Assembly: GCF_031581305.1 (NCBI RefSeq)
Contig: NZ_JAVLBC010000002.1
Span: 1 to 48,295, forward strand
Direction: 5' to 3'
Length of the DNA stretch: 48,295 nt
Origin: Halomonas sp.
GTDB taxonomy: Bacteria; Pseudomonadota; Gammaproteobacteria; Pseudomonadales; Halomonadaceae
A model generated the notes under the pieces. That model was not told the DNA's origin, searched no databases, and saw only the letters and a list, made by a program, of their open reading frames with translations. Below are positions 1 through 9,640 of the stretch, one piece after another. The position numbers and the translations under genes were made by a program. Within the stretch, counting starts at the first letter, position 1, and each line of letters opens with the position of its first letter.

Positions 1-55
1 GCCCCTTGCCCCTTGCCCCTTGCCCCTTGCCCCTTGCCCCTTGCCCCTTGCCCCT
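1..55. repeat. Tandem heptamer array (GCCCCTT)n, 7 full units plus a partial one, open at the window edge
   Basis: Exact 7-bp periodicity from base 1 to 55. Confidence 0.95.
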
Positions 56-99
56 ATGCTAAGCTATCGGCCCATTTTCCGAGCAGCGATGCCTTCCCC

Positions 100-2307
100 A
101 TGGACGATGTCACGGCGATTCTCGACCACATGAACCCGGCCCAGCGCGAGGCCGTCAGCGCGCCCCAGGGCAACATGCTGGTGCTGGCCGGGGCCGGTTC
201 CGGCAAGACCCGGGTGCTGGTACATCGCATCGCCTGGCTGATGCAGGCCGAGGGGCTGTCGCCCTATGCCGTGCTAGCCGTGACCTTCACCAACAAGGCG
301 GCCCGCGAGATGCGCACCCGCCTGGAGGCGCTGCTGGGTATCTCCCTGCGCAATGTCTGGGTGGGGACCTTCCACTCTATCGCCCATCGCCTGCTGCGCA
401 CCCATTGGCAGGACGCCCGGCTGCCACAGCACTTCCAGATTATCGACAGCGATGACCAACTGAGGCTGGTCAAGCGGCTGCTCAAGGACCACCGCGTCGA
501 TGACGAGCGCTTTCCGCCGCGCCAGGTGCAGTCGTTCATCTCCGGCTGCAAGGAGGAGGGGCTGCGCCCCCACCAGGTCGATGCCCATGGTGATGCCTAT
601 CTGGCTCAGATGGTCGAGCTCTACGAGCGCTACCAGCTGACCTGCGAGCGTGGCGGACTGGTGGACTTCGGTGAGTTGCTGCTGCGTAGCCTGGAGCTTT
701 TGCGGGACAACCCGGCACTGCTGGCCCACTACCAGGCGCGCTTCGGCCATGTGCTGGTCGATGAGTTCCAGGACACCAATACCCTGCAGTACGCCTGGCT
801 CAAGCTGCTCACTGGGATGCAGACCCCGATGACGGTAGTGGGCGACGACGACCAGTCGATCTATGGCTGGCGCGGGGCGCGAATCGAGAACATCCGGCGC
901 TTCGAGCAGGAATTCCCGGCGACCAGGACCGTGCGCCTGGAGCAGAACTACCGCTCTACCAGCGCCATCCTCGATGCCGCCAATGCCCTGATCCGCCACA
1001 ACAGCGAGCGCATGGGCAAGGAGCTGTGGACCGAGGGCGCAAGGGGCGAGCCGATCTCCGTCTACTCGGGGTTCAATGACCTGGACGAGGCGCGCTTCAT
1101 CGTCGACACCATCCGCGAGAAAGTCGAGGAGGGCACCAACCGGCGCGAGATCGCCATCCTCTACCGCTCCAACGCCCAGTCCCGGGTGCTGGAGGAGACC
1201 CTGATCCGCCAGGGCGTGCCCTACCGCATCTACGGCGGCCAGCGCTTCTACGAGCGCCTGGAGATCAAGAATGCCCTGGCCTACCTGCGGCTGCTGCTCA
1301 ACCGTGACGACGACGCCTCCCTGGAGCGGGTGATCAACGTTCCGGCCCGGGGCATCGGCACACGCACCGTGGAGGTGCTGCGCACCCGCGCCCGGCAGAC
1401 CGAGGTCTCGCTTTGGCAGGCACTGCACGACGCTCTGCTGGATGCCTCGCTCAAGGGGCGGGCCGCCACGGCGGTGCGGGCCTTCGCCGAGCTGATCGAG
1501 CGGCTTGACAACGACACCGCCGGCCTGGCGCTCCACGAGATCATCGATCACGTGATCGAGCGTACCGGCCTGATCGAGCACCATCGCAGCGAGAAAGGCG
1601 AGAAGGGGCAGGCCCGGGTCGAGAACCTTGAGGAACTGGTCACCGCCGCCAAGGCCTTCACCCAGGGCGAGACCTTCGACCCTCCCGAGGCCGGTGAGGG
1701 GGCGGTGGCCCTGGAGGCCTTCCTCTCCGAGGCCGCGCTGAACGCCGGTGATCACGAGGCCGACGAGTTCGAGGACTGCGTGCAGCTGATGACCCTGCAC
1801 TCGGCCAAGGGCCTGGAATTCCCGGTGGTGTTCATCGCCGGGGTCGAGGAGGGCCTGTTCCCGCACAAGATGTCCATGGAGGAGCCGGGTCGCCTGGAGG
1901 AGGAGCGACGGCTCTGCTACGTGGGTCTGACTCGTGCCATGCGCAAGCTCTACCTGACCCATGCCGAGCTGCGTCGCCTGCACGGCAAGGAGACCTTTCA
2001 GCGTGCTTCGCGCTTCCTTCGCGAACTGCCGGAGGAGTACCTCGAGGAGGTGCGGCTGCGCGGCCAGATCTCGCGACCCATGACCGCCAGTCGACCCGAG
2101 GTCGGACTTTCACGGCAGACCTCGGTCAACGGGGGCGATGAGCTGCCGTCGCTTTCGCTGGGCCAGCGAGTCCGCCATCCGGTGTTCGGCGAGGGAGTGA
2201 TTCTCAATGCTGAAGGAGAAGGCGAGCGCGCCCGGGTCCAGGTCAGCTTCGAGGGGGAAGGCGACAAGTGGCTGGTGCTGGGGTTCGCCAAGTTGACGCC
2301 TCTCTGA
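100..2307 (+). CDS. uvrD: DNA helicase II (UvrD)
   Basis: SF1A motifs AGAGSGKT, TFTNKAA, DEFQD, GDDDQSIYGWRGA, LEQNYRS, TLHSAKGLEF and C-terminal HPVFGEG Tudor-like domain. Start moved to ATG 100 because the ORF-track extension is just the translated heptamer repeat. Confidence 0.96.
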   Translation: MDDVTAILDHMNPAQREAVSAPQGNMLVLAGAGSGKTRVLVHRIAWLMQAEGLSPYAVLAVTFTNKAAREMRTRLEALLGISLRNVWVGTFHSIAHRLLRTHWQDARLPQHFQIIDSDDQLRLVKRLLKDHRVDDERFPPRQVQSFISGCKEEGLRPHQVDAHGDAYLAQMVELYERYQLTCERGGLVDFGELLLRSLELLRDNPALLAHYQARFGHVLVDEFQDTNTLQYAWLKLLTGMQTPMTVVGDDDQSIYGWRGARIENIRRFEQEFPATRTVRLEQNYRSTSAILDAANALIRHNSERMGKELWTEGARGEPISVYSGFNDLDEARFIVDTIREKVEEGTNRREIAILYRSNAQSRVLEETLIRQGVPYRIYGGQRFYERLEIKNALAYLRLLLNRDDDASLERVINVPARGIGTRTVEVLRTRARQTEVSLWQALHDALLDASLKGRAATAVRAFAELIERLDNDTAGLALHEIIDHVIERTGLIEHHRSEKGEKGQARVENLEELVTAAKAFTQGETFDPPEAGEGAVALEAFLSEAALNAGDHEADEFEDCVQLMTLHSAKGLEFPVVFIAGVEEGLFPHKMSMEEPGRLEEERRLCYVGLTRAMRKLYLTHAELRRLHGKETFQRASRFLRELPEEYLEEVRLRGQISRPMTASRPEVGLSRQTSVNGGDELPSLSLGQRVRHPVFGEGVILNAEGEGERARVQVSFEGEGDKWLVLGFAKLTPL

Positions 2308-2435
2308 TTTTCGTTGACGTTGACGTCAGCTGCTGACACTTGCCGGGCAATTCGGCTGTGACGCATACTCATGAGGGGACACATCTCAGCCCGCAAGCGT
2401 TGCGGGTACAATAAACAGCCTGGAGTCACGCTCGC

Positions 2436-3536
2436 ATGCAACGTCGCTTCTTTCTCAAGAACACCCTCAAGACCCTGGGCGCCGGTGCCGCCGCCGGCGC
2501 TGCTGCTCCCTTCATCTCCACGGCCAGTGCCCAGGAAACCATCACCTGGGACATGGTGACTTCCTGGCCCAAGAACTTCCCGGCGCTGGGCACCGGGGCC
2601 AACGATTTCGCCGCGCGCATCGAGCGTCTCTCCGGTGGCCGCATGAAAATCCGCGTGCACGGCGCGGGTGAACTGGTGCCCGCCATGGAGGTGTTCGACG
2701 CAGTCGGTGAGGGCACCGCCCAGGTGGGCCACTCCGCCTCCTACTACTGGCGCGGCAAGACTCTGGCCTCCCAGTTCTTCACCGCCGTACCCTTCGGCAT
2801 GAACACCACTGAAACCAACGCCTGGCTCTACTACGGCGGCGGCCAGGAACTGTGGGACGAGGTCTACGCCAAGCACAACCTCAAGCCTTTCCCAGTGGGC
2901 AACACCGGTACTCAGATGGGCGGCTGGTTCAAGAAGGAGATCAACTCGCTGGAGGACATGCAGGGCCTCAAGCTGCGCCTCCCGGGGCTGGCCGGCGAGG
3001 CCATGAACGGTATCGGTGTGACCACCGTGAGCACCCCGGGGTCCGAGATATTCACCTCCCTGCAGACCGGCGTGCTGGATGCCGCCGACTGGGTCGGCCC
3101 CTACAACGATCTGGCCTTCGGCCTGCACCAGGTGGCCAAGTACTACTACACTTCGTCCTGGAACGAGCCCAGTGCCATTCTCGAGGGTACGATCAACCTG
3201 GACGCCTGGAAGGCCTTGCCCGACGATCTCAAGGCGGTGGTCAGCGAGGCGGCCAAGGCCTCCAACCTGGCGATGATCAGCGAGTTCGCGGTGCGCAACG
3301 CCGAGGCGCTCGATACCCTGGTCAGCGAGCACGGTGTGGAGCTGCGCACCTTTCCGGAGGAGGTGCTGGAAGCGCTCTACGCCTCCTCCCAGGAGGTGCT
3401 CGAGAAGCAGGTGGAAGGCGATGAGGAGTCGCGGAAGGTCTACGACTCCTACACCGCCTTCCAGCAGAAGGTGCGGCGCTTCACCGATGTGGGCGAGTTC
3501 GCCTATTTGAAGACCCGGGAGAAGGTCGGCGCCTGA
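2436..3536 (+). CDS. TRAP transporter solute-binding protein (DctP/TakP-like) with twin-arginine signal; no dctQM nearby
   Basis: MQRRFFLK Tat motif and Ala-rich signal; WDMVTSWPKNFPALG, GNTGTQMGGWF, GLKLRLPG and WVGPYND motifs. Confidence 0.88.
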   Translation: MQRRFFLKNTLKTLGAGAAAGAAAPFISTASAQETITWDMVTSWPKNFPALGTGANDFAARIERLSGGRMKIRVHGAGELVPAMEVFDAVGEGTAQVGHSASYYWRGKTLASQFFTAVPFGMNTTETNAWLYYGGGQELWDEVYAKHNLKPFPVGNTGTQMGGWFKKEINSLEDMQGLKLRLPGLAGEAMNGIGVTTVSTPGSEIFTSLQTGVLDAADWVGPYNDLAFGLHQVAKYYYTSSWNEPSAILEGTINLDAWKALPDDLKAVVSEAAKASNLAMISEFAVRNAEALDTLVSEHGVELRTFPEEVLEALYASSQEVLEKQVEGDEESRKVYDSYTAFQQKVRRFTDVGEFAYLKTREKVGA

Positions 3537-3564
3537 AGCCCGGCAGTCCACTCGCTACATACCC

Positions 3565-3585
3565 TGGGCGCCCCTGCGGCGCCCA
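3565..3585 (+). terminator. Hairpin terminator between convergent genes
   Basis: TGGGCGCC-cctgc-GGCGCCCA followed by TTCTT. Confidence 0.6.
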
Positions 3586-3624
3586 TTCTTGCTCCAGGCA
3601 TGGTGATGTTGCGAGATGGCGACT

Positions 3625-4032
3625 TCAGTCGCCCTGGCGGACGGCGCGGATCCTTCCTTTGTCGTCCAGAGCCACCATCACGAAGCGCGCTTCGGTGACC
3701 TTGTGCAACTCGTCAGGGTCGCGTTCATGGGGGGCACGGATCCATACCTGCACGTCGATCTTGATCGAGCTGTGGCCGATCTCGCTGACCCGGGTGAAGA
3801 TGTTGACCATCGAGCCCACCCGCACCGGGCAGAGAAAGTCCATGGCCTCGATGGCCACGGTGGCGATGCGGCCTCGAGCCTCGCGACCAGCGGCTACCTC
3901 GGCGGCCTGATCCATCTGAGCAACCAGCCAACCGCCGGGAATGTCGCCGTGCAGGTTGGTATCCTGGCGGCTGGCCAGCAGCTTGAGGGTCAATTGACCC
4001 TGGGGAGCGGGGATATCGTCGATGTCTGTCAT
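3625..4032 (-). CDS. Acyl-CoA thioesterase (YciA-like hotdog fold)
   Basis: DTNLHGDIPGGWLVAQMDQAA and ATVAIEAMDF..PVRVG motifs; 135 aa. Confidence 0.88.
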   Translation of the reverse strand: MTDIDDIPAPQGQLTLKLLASRQDTNLHGDIPGGWLVAQMDQAAEVAAGREARGRIATVAIEAMDFLCPVRVGSMVNIFTRVSEIGHSSIKIDVQVWIRAPHERDPDELHKVTEARFVMVALDDKGRIRAVRQGD

Positions 4033-4171
4033 GGAAGCCTGAGCGAATCGGGTTGTTGTTGTGGCGTGTTTATCAGCTTGCCATGGTATATGGCGAGGCT
4101 ATCGATTCACCACCATTGCGACAAGATGCCCCGCTGCCGGCCCAGTTAACCCCTTCATGGAGGAGGTCGAG

Positions 4172-5116
4172 ATGTCTGCCGTCCTGCGTCATTGCCTGGC
4201 CCCCTGGCTGTTGGTGGTCACGCTCGTGGCGCCTCAGGCTCAGGCCGAGCAAGTTGCCGGTACCCTAGGCACTGTCGGTTCCGACACCATGGCGGGGCTG
4301 ATGCTGCGCTGGGGCGAGGCGCTGACACGCCAGCATCCCGGCATCCGCCTGCAGCTGCAGGCCAGCGGGTCGGCCAGCGCGCCGCCGGCCCTGGTGGCCG
4401 GTACTACCCGGCTGGGGCCCATGTCTCGTCCCATGAACGAGACCGAGCGCCGGGCCTTCATCGAGCGCCACGGCTATCCCCCTCGGGAACTGGCGGTGGC
4501 CCGGGACGCTCTGGTGGTCGTGGTCCATCGTCATAATCCCCTCGAGAGCCTGGGGCGTCGCGAGCTGGATGCCATCTTTTCCGACTCCCGACGCTGCGGG
4601 GTACGGGAGGGCGTCCATCGCTGGCAACAGTTGGGGCGCGATTGGCCCGAGGGGCGCATCCGCCTGCACGGCCGCAATGCGGCGTCCGGCACCCATGGGT
4701 TGTTCAGGCGGGTCGCCCTGTGTGACGGTTACTTTCGTCCTGAGATCAACGAGCATCCCGGATCCGCCGCGGTGGTCGCGGCAGTGACAGAGGACCCGCG
4801 GGCCATGGGCTATGCCGGGCTCAACCACCTCACGCCGGGCGTCAAGGCCCTGGCACGGCGTGATGCCGATGGGACGAGCCACTTCCCCGGTCCCGAAGCA
4901 GTTCGCAGCGGCGACTATGCGCTGTCCCGCGACCTTTACCTCTATCTCAACCTGCCCCCTGGCAAGCCCATACCGGCCGCCGAGCGCGCCTTCCTCGACC
5001 TGGTGCTCTCTCCGGCCGGCCAGGCGGTCGTCGAGGAGCTGGGATTCGTGGCGCTGCCCGATGCGAGACGGCTGCGCCAGCGACATGAGCTGGGGCTGGA
5101 CGAGGTGGGGCGCTGA
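4172..5116 (+). CDS. pstS: Phosphate ABC transporter substrate-binding protein
   Basis: GSDTM, SGSASA, MSR, GRNAASGT and YALSRDLYLY motifs; signal peptide; GGAGG RBS before ATG 4172; first gene of the pst cluster. Confidence 0.85.
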   Translation: MSAVLRHCLAPWLLVVTLVAPQAQAEQVAGTLGTVGSDTMAGLMLRWGEALTRQHPGIRLQLQASGSASAPPALVAGTTRLGPMSRPMNETERRAFIERHGYPPRELAVARDALVVVVHRHNPLESLGRRELDAIFSDSRRCGVREGVHRWQQLGRDWPEGRIRLHGRNAASGTHGLFRRVALCDGYFRPEINEHPGSAAVVAAVTEDPRAMGYAGLNHLTPGVKALARRDADGTSHFPGPEAVRSGDYALSRDLYLYLNLPPGKPIPAAERAFLDLVLSPAGQAVVEELGFVALPDARRLRQRHELGLDEVGR

Positions 5117-5118
5117 TG

Positions 5119-5152
5119 CTGTCATCTCCCTGTCATCACACTGTCGTATAAT
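5119..5152 (+). promoter_or_regulatory. Pho box plus -10 element: PhoB-dependent promoter for pstCAB-phoU
   Basis: CTGTCAT-ctcc-CTGTCAT (5119-5136), a third half-site CTGTCGT at 5141, and TATAAT at 5147-5152, exactly 10 bp after the 18-bp box. Confidence 0.85.
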
Positions 5153-5184
5153 TGCATTAGACCCAGTTTCGCGCAGGTCCGGTC

Positions 5185-6408
5185 ATGCCCGACTCCTCCT
5201 CCCCGCCTTCCGTTCGACGCCGCCTGCGTCAGGGGCGCGATCGCCTGGCCACCATCCTGGTTACCGCGGGCGGTATCGGCGTGATCGCTGCCCTGTTGGC
5301 CATCGGGGTCTTCCTGGCGGTCGAAGTGGTGCCGCTGTTCTGGCCCGGCGGCGCGACGCAGATGGTCAGTCCGCAGGCCCTCTGGTTGCCCTTGGAGGGA
5401 GCAGATGACCCGGCCGGTTATCGCTGGGATCCCACGGCGACCCTGGGGACGGACGCGCAGGCCCGGATCAGCCTGGTGCCGCTGGCCTGGGGTACGCTAG
5501 AGGCAGCGGCCTGGGCCCTGCTGATCGCCGTGCCCCTGGCCCTGGGTGCGGCCGCCCACTCCGCCTTGTTCATGTCGCCGCGCCTGCGCAGTCGCTTGAA
5601 ACCGACACTGGAGCTGATGGAGGCATTGCCCGGTGTAGTGATCGGCTTCGTCGCCGGCCTGGTGCTCGCCCCCTGGGTGGAGCGCCACTTGGCAGATGTG
5701 CTGGCCATGCTGGTGTTGTTGGTGCCCGGACTGCTGTTCGCCGGCGCACTCTGGTCGCGCCTGCCCCCGCGCCTGCAACAGGCGCTGCCGCTGGGTTGGG
5801 CGGGCCTGTGGCTGCTGCCCTGGCTGCTGCTGGTCCTGGCCGCCGCGTTTTGGCTCTCACCCTGGCTCGAGGACTGGGCGTTCGGTGGCGACCTGCGCCA
5901 CTGGCTGGAGGTGCGCCTGGGGCTCGACCTCGCCGTGCGTAACGCCATGATCGTCGGCATGGCCATGGGATTTGCGGTGATGCCCAGCGTCTACTCGTTG
6001 GCCGAGGATGCCCTCTCGGGGGTGCCGCGGAGCCTATCGGAGGGCGCTCAGGCACTGGGGGCGACCCGCTGGCAGGCCCTGTGGCGGGTGGTGCTGCCGG
6101 CGGCATCCCCGGGGGTCTTCGCGGCGGTGATGATCGGCGCAGGACGGGCGGTGGGAGAGACCATGATCGTGTTGATGGCCAGCGGCAATGCGGCCCTGAT
6201 GACCTGGAACCCTCTGGACGGGCTGCGTTCCCTGGCGGCTACCATTGCTATCGAGCTACCCGAGGCAGGTCCCGGCGGCCTGCACTATCGACTGCTGCTG
6301 CTGGCGGCCCTGCTGCTGTTCGTCTTCACTTTTCTGGTCAATACCCTGGCCGAGTTGGTGCGGACCCGTCTGAACCGTCGCTACGGGCGCCTGGGGGGTG
6401 GGGCATGA
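5185..6408 (+). CDS. pstC: Phosphate ABC transporter permease PstC
   Basis: LKPTLELMEALPGVVIGF, EGAQALGATRWQ (EAA loop) and RAVGETMIVLMASGN. Confidence 0.9.
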   Translation: MPDSSSPPSVRRRLRQGRDRLATILVTAGGIGVIAALLAIGVFLAVEVVPLFWPGGATQMVSPQALWLPLEGADDPAGYRWDPTATLGTDAQARISLVPLAWGTLEAAAWALLIAVPLALGAAAHSALFMSPRLRSRLKPTLELMEALPGVVIGFVAGLVLAPWVERHLADVLAMLVLLVPGLLFAGALWSRLPPRLQQALPLGWAGLWLLPWLLLVLAAAFWLSPWLEDWAFGGDLRHWLEVRLGLDLAVRNAMIVGMAMGFAVMPSVYSLAEDALSGVPRSLSEGAQALGATRWQALWRVVLPAASPGVFAAVMIGAGRAVGETMIVLMASGNAALMTWNPLDGLRSLAATIAIELPEAGPGGLHYRLLLLAALLLFVFTFLVNTLAELVRTRLNRRYGRLGGGA

Positions 6409-7952
6409 GGCTGGCTAACGGCCCACGGGCGCGATTGTGCCGCGGCGAGGGCTCCGGCGCCTGGCTGGCGGCAGGCAGCGTGGCGCTCTCGTTGCTGGCG
6501 CTGCTGGCGCTGCTGGCGCTGCTGGCGATTCGTGGCCTGGGGCACTTCTGGCCCGCGCCCATTGCCCTGGTGGCACTCGAGGACGGCCGACAGCTGGCCG
6601 GCGAGCGGGTCCGGGAGGCCCCGCTGCCGGCGGGGGTGGGGCATGAACGTCTCTACCGGATCGGCAATCGTGACCTGGATGGTGACCGCTGGGCATGGGT
6701 GGCGGTGTCAGACATCGCTGTGGTCAGCCACCCGCCCGACCTCGTGGTGCTGGAACGCCGCCGCTGGGGAGAGGCGATCGGCCGGCTGGTGGCGCTGGAG
6801 AGCGAGACGGGAGAGCGCCTGGAGGGTGAGGCCGCCCGGGCGGCCCTCGAGACCCGGATGACCGAGCTGGCAGCCCTGCGCCAGGCCCGCGACACCCTGC
6901 ATGACGAGGTCATCCTGCCGCGCGTCCGGGCTCTCGAGGACGGGGTCGACGTGGAGCGCGAATTGGCTGCGGCCAATGCCCGGCTGCGCGAGTTGCAGGC
7001 GGCCATGGAGGCGGGTCACCTGACGCTGGAGACCGCCGACGGAGAGCGACTGCAGGTGCCGCTGGAACAGGTTCTGCGGGTGCAGCAACCGAATGCCATG
7101 TCGCCGCTCGACAAGCTCGTCGCCTGGGGCGAGGGCGTCTGGCACTTTCTCTCGGAGGGACCGAGGGCGGCCAATACCGCCGGCGGCGTCTGGCCGGCGA
7201 TCTTCGGCACCGTGCTGATGGTGATGCTGATGTCGCTCCTGGTGACGCCCTTCGGGGTACTGGCGGCGATCTACCTCAACGAGGTGGCCCATCAGGGGCG
7301 GTTGACGCGGCTGGTACGGATTGCCGTGCGTAACCTCGCCGGGGTGCCGTCCATTGTCTATGGCGTCTTCGGCCTGGGTGTGTTCGTCTACGGCATCGGT
7401 GGCACCCTGGACGATTGGTTCTTCGACGCGGCCCTGCCCTCGCCGACCTTCGGCACCGGCGGGTTGCTGTGGTCCTCATTGACCTTGGCCCTGCTGACTC
7501 TGCCGGTGGTGATCGTGGCCACCGAGGAGGGGTTGGCGCGGATTCCCGACCAGCAGCGCGAGGGCGCCTTGGCCCTGGGGGCTACCCGGCTGGAGATGCT
7601 TACCCGGGTGGTGCTGCCGATGGCAGCGCCGGCCATGCTCACCGGGGTGATCCTGGCCGTGGCGCGTGCTGCTGGCGAGGTGGCACCGCTGATGCTGGTG
7701 GGCGTGGCCAAGCTGGCCCCCCAGGTACCGGTGGACGGCGACTTCCCCTTTCTGCATCTTGACAGGAAGTTCATGCACCTGGGTTATCATATCTTCGATG
7801 CGGCCTTCCACGGCGGTGATGTCCAGGCGGCGATGCCGTTGGTCTATGCTACGGCGCTGCTGCTGGTGCTGGTGATCCTGGTGCTTAACCTGACTGCAAT
7901 ATTTCTGCGTCATCATCTCAGCACGCGTCACGGGGTGCTCAGCCGTCGATGA
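6405..7952 (+). CDS. pstA: Phosphate ABC transporter permease PstA (long form with periplasmic coiled region)
   Basis: [24 protein letters not shown] and [10 protein letters not shown]; ATGA overlap with the pstC stop sets the start at 6405. Confidence 0.9.
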   Translation: MRLANGPRARLCRGEGSGAWLAAGSVALSLLALLALLALLAIRGLGHFWPAPIALVALEDGRQLAGERVREAPLPAGVGHERLYRIGNRDLDGDRWAWVAVSDIAVVSHPPDLVVLERRRWGEAIGRLVALESETGERLEGEAARAALETRMTELAALRQARDTLHDEVILPRVRALEDGVDVERELAAANARLRELQAAMEAGHLTLETADGERLQVPLEQVLRVQQPNAMSPLDKLVAWGEGVWHFLSEGPRAANTAGGVWPAIFGTVLMVMLMSLLVTPFGVLAAIYLNEVAHQGRLTRLVRIAVRNLAGVPSIVYGVFGLGVFVYGIGGTLDDWFFDAALPSPTFGTGGLLWSSLTLALLTLPVVIVATEEGLARIPDQQREGALALGATRLEMLTRVVLPMAAPAMLTGVILAVARAAGEVAPLMLVGVAKLAPQVPVDGDFPFLHLDRKFMHLGYHIFDAAFHGGDVQAAMPLVYATALLLVLVILVLNLTAIFLRHHLSTRHGVLSRR

Positions 7953-8803
7953 GTCCAGTACCGTTGCGCCACCCGGGAGCCTCGATGTCATTCGTCCATG
8001 ACCTGTGCCCGTCGCCCGACCCGGCGGCGTTCATCGACTTTCCCCCCGAGGCCAGCAGCCTGGCTATCCGGGGGCTGTGCCTCGCCTATGGGGACACGCC
8101 GGCGCTGCGGAATCTCACCCTGAGAATTCCCCGGAACCGCGTCACGGCCTTTATCGGCCCATCCGGCTGCGGCAAGTCGACCCTGCTGCGAGTGTTCAAT
8201 CGCCTACACGACCTCAATGACGAGGTGGTACGCGAGGGTGAGGTGCTGCTCGAGGGGGAAGACATCCATGCACCCGGGGCGGCGGTGGCAGAGCTGCGTC
8301 GGCGGGTAGGGATGGTGTTCCAGGCGCCCAACCCCTTCCCCATGTCGATCCACGACAACGTGGCCTTCGGCCTGCGCCTGCAGGGGGGACTGAGCAAGCG
8401 CAAGCGCGATGACATCATCGAGTGGGCGCTGCGCTCGGCGGCGCTGTGGGACGAGGTGAAGGACCGGCTGCGTGTCTCGGCCTGGTCGCTCTCCGGGGGC
8501 CAGCAGCAACGCCTGGTGATTGCCCGCACCCTGGCAGTGGGACCCGAAGTGCTGCTGCTCGACGAACCGGCCTCGGCGCTTGATCCCATCTCCACGCTCA
8601 AGATCGAGGAGTTGATCGGTAACTTGAAGTCGCACCTGACGCTGGTGCTGGTCACCCACAACATGCAGCAGGCGGCCCGGGTCTCCGACTACACCGCCTT
8701 CCTGCAGGACGGCGAGCTGGTGGAATATGGCTCCACCGACACCCTGTTCACCAACCCGCGCCTGCGACGTACCGAGAACTACATCACCGGGCGCATGGCC
8801 TGA
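7949..8803 (+). CDS. pstB: Phosphate ABC transporter ATPase
   Basis: [49 protein letters not shown] and YITGR; start could also be ATG 7985. Confidence 0.94.
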   Translation: MSPVPLRHPGASMSFVHDLCPSPDPAAFIDFPPEASSLAIRGLCLAYGDTPALRNLTLRIPRNRVTAFIGPSGCGKSTLLRVFNRLHDLNDEVVREGEVLLEGEDIHAPGAAVAELRRRVGMVFQAPNPFPMSIHDNVAFGLRLQGGLSKRKRDDIIEWALRSAALWDEVKDRLRVSAWSLSGGQQQRLVIARTLAVGPEVLLLDEPASALDPISTLKIEELIGNLKSHLTLVLVTHNMQQAARVSDYTAFLQDGELVEYGSTDTLFTNPRLRRTENYITGRMA

Positions 8804-8827
8804 CGGCCAGCCCCAAGGAGAGGTCAC

Positions 8828-9556
8828 ATGGACATTACCAGCAATAGTCACAGCCAGCATATATCGCGCCAGTTCAACCAGGAGCTTGAAGAGCTCAAGA
8901 CCCATCTGATGGCCATGGGTGGCCTGGTCGAGAAGCAGGTCCAGGACGCCGTGGTGGCTCTGCTCGACGGCGACTCCGCCCTGGCCGAGCGGGTGGTCGC
9001 CAATGACCGCGCCGTCAATGACATGCAGATCAAGATCGATGAGGAGTGCACCCAGGTACTGGCGCGGCGTCAGCCTACCGCCTCTGACCTGCGTCTGGTC
9101 CTGGCGGTGATTCGCGCCGCCTCCGATCTGGAGCGGATCGGCGACGAGGCGAGCAAGATTGCCCGTAACGCCATCGAGCTGATCGAAGCCGATAACGGCA
9201 ACCGCGGCTTCGTCGAGGTGCGGATGATCAGCGAGCATGTGCGGCGCATGGTGCGCGACGCCTTGACCTCTTTTGCCCGTCTCGATACGGAACTGGCGCT
9301 CAAGCTGGTCCATGAGGACGAGGAGGTCGACAGCGAGTACAAGAGTGCCATGCGCTCGTTGATGACCTTCATGATGGAGGATGCCCGTTCGATCTCATCG
9401 GTTCTCAGTGTCATGTGGATCCTGCGCGCCCTCGAACGCATCGGTGACCACGCCAATAATCTGGCCGAGTACGTCGTCTACCTGGTCAAGGGGCTCGATA
9501 TCCGCCACACCGACCCCGAGGACCTCGACAAGGACATGCTCGAAGGTAACGATTGA
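8828..9556 (+). CDS. phoU: Phosphate signalling protein PhoU
   Basis: QPTASDLR, DLERIGDEA and LERIGDHANN repeats; GGAG RBS. Confidence 0.96.
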   Translation: MDITSNSHSQHISRQFNQELEELKTHLMAMGGLVEKQVQDAVVALLDGDSALAERVVANDRAVNDMQIKIDEECTQVLARRQPTASDLRLVLAVIRAASDLERIGDEASKIARNAIELIEADNGNRGFVEVRMISEHVRRMVRDALTSFARLDTELALKLVHEDEEVDSEYKSAMRSLMTFMMEDARSISSVLSVMWILRALERIGDHANNLAEYVVYLVKGLDIRHTDPEDLDKDMLEGND

Positions 9557-9589
9557 CCAAGAACCCCGTTTGATCTCCCAATGACGCAA

Positions 9590-9620
9590 GCCGCCGCCCC
9601 GTCGGGCGGCGGCCTGCTTT
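9590..9620 (+). terminator. Intrinsic terminator after phoU
   Basis: GCCGCCGCCC-cgtc-GGGCGGCGGC stem followed by CTGCTTT. Confidence 0.65.
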
Positions 9621-9640
9621 GTGATATGAGGACGTGACGG

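Noticed and set aside
13-99. N-terminal extension MPLAPCPLPLAPCP on UvrD
   Set aside because: It is the translated GCCCCTT repeat; homology starts at ATG 100
274-1983. 569-aa antisense ORF, and similar long ones at 1998-3551, 21701-23860 and 29119-30573
   Set aside because: Shadow frames opposite well-conserved genes, expected with high-GC codon bias; no recognisable motifs
6493-6527. (GCTGCTGGC)n repeat in pstA
   Set aside because: Codes the [12 protein letters not shown] transmembrane helix; an in-frame 9-bp unit explained by protein sequence
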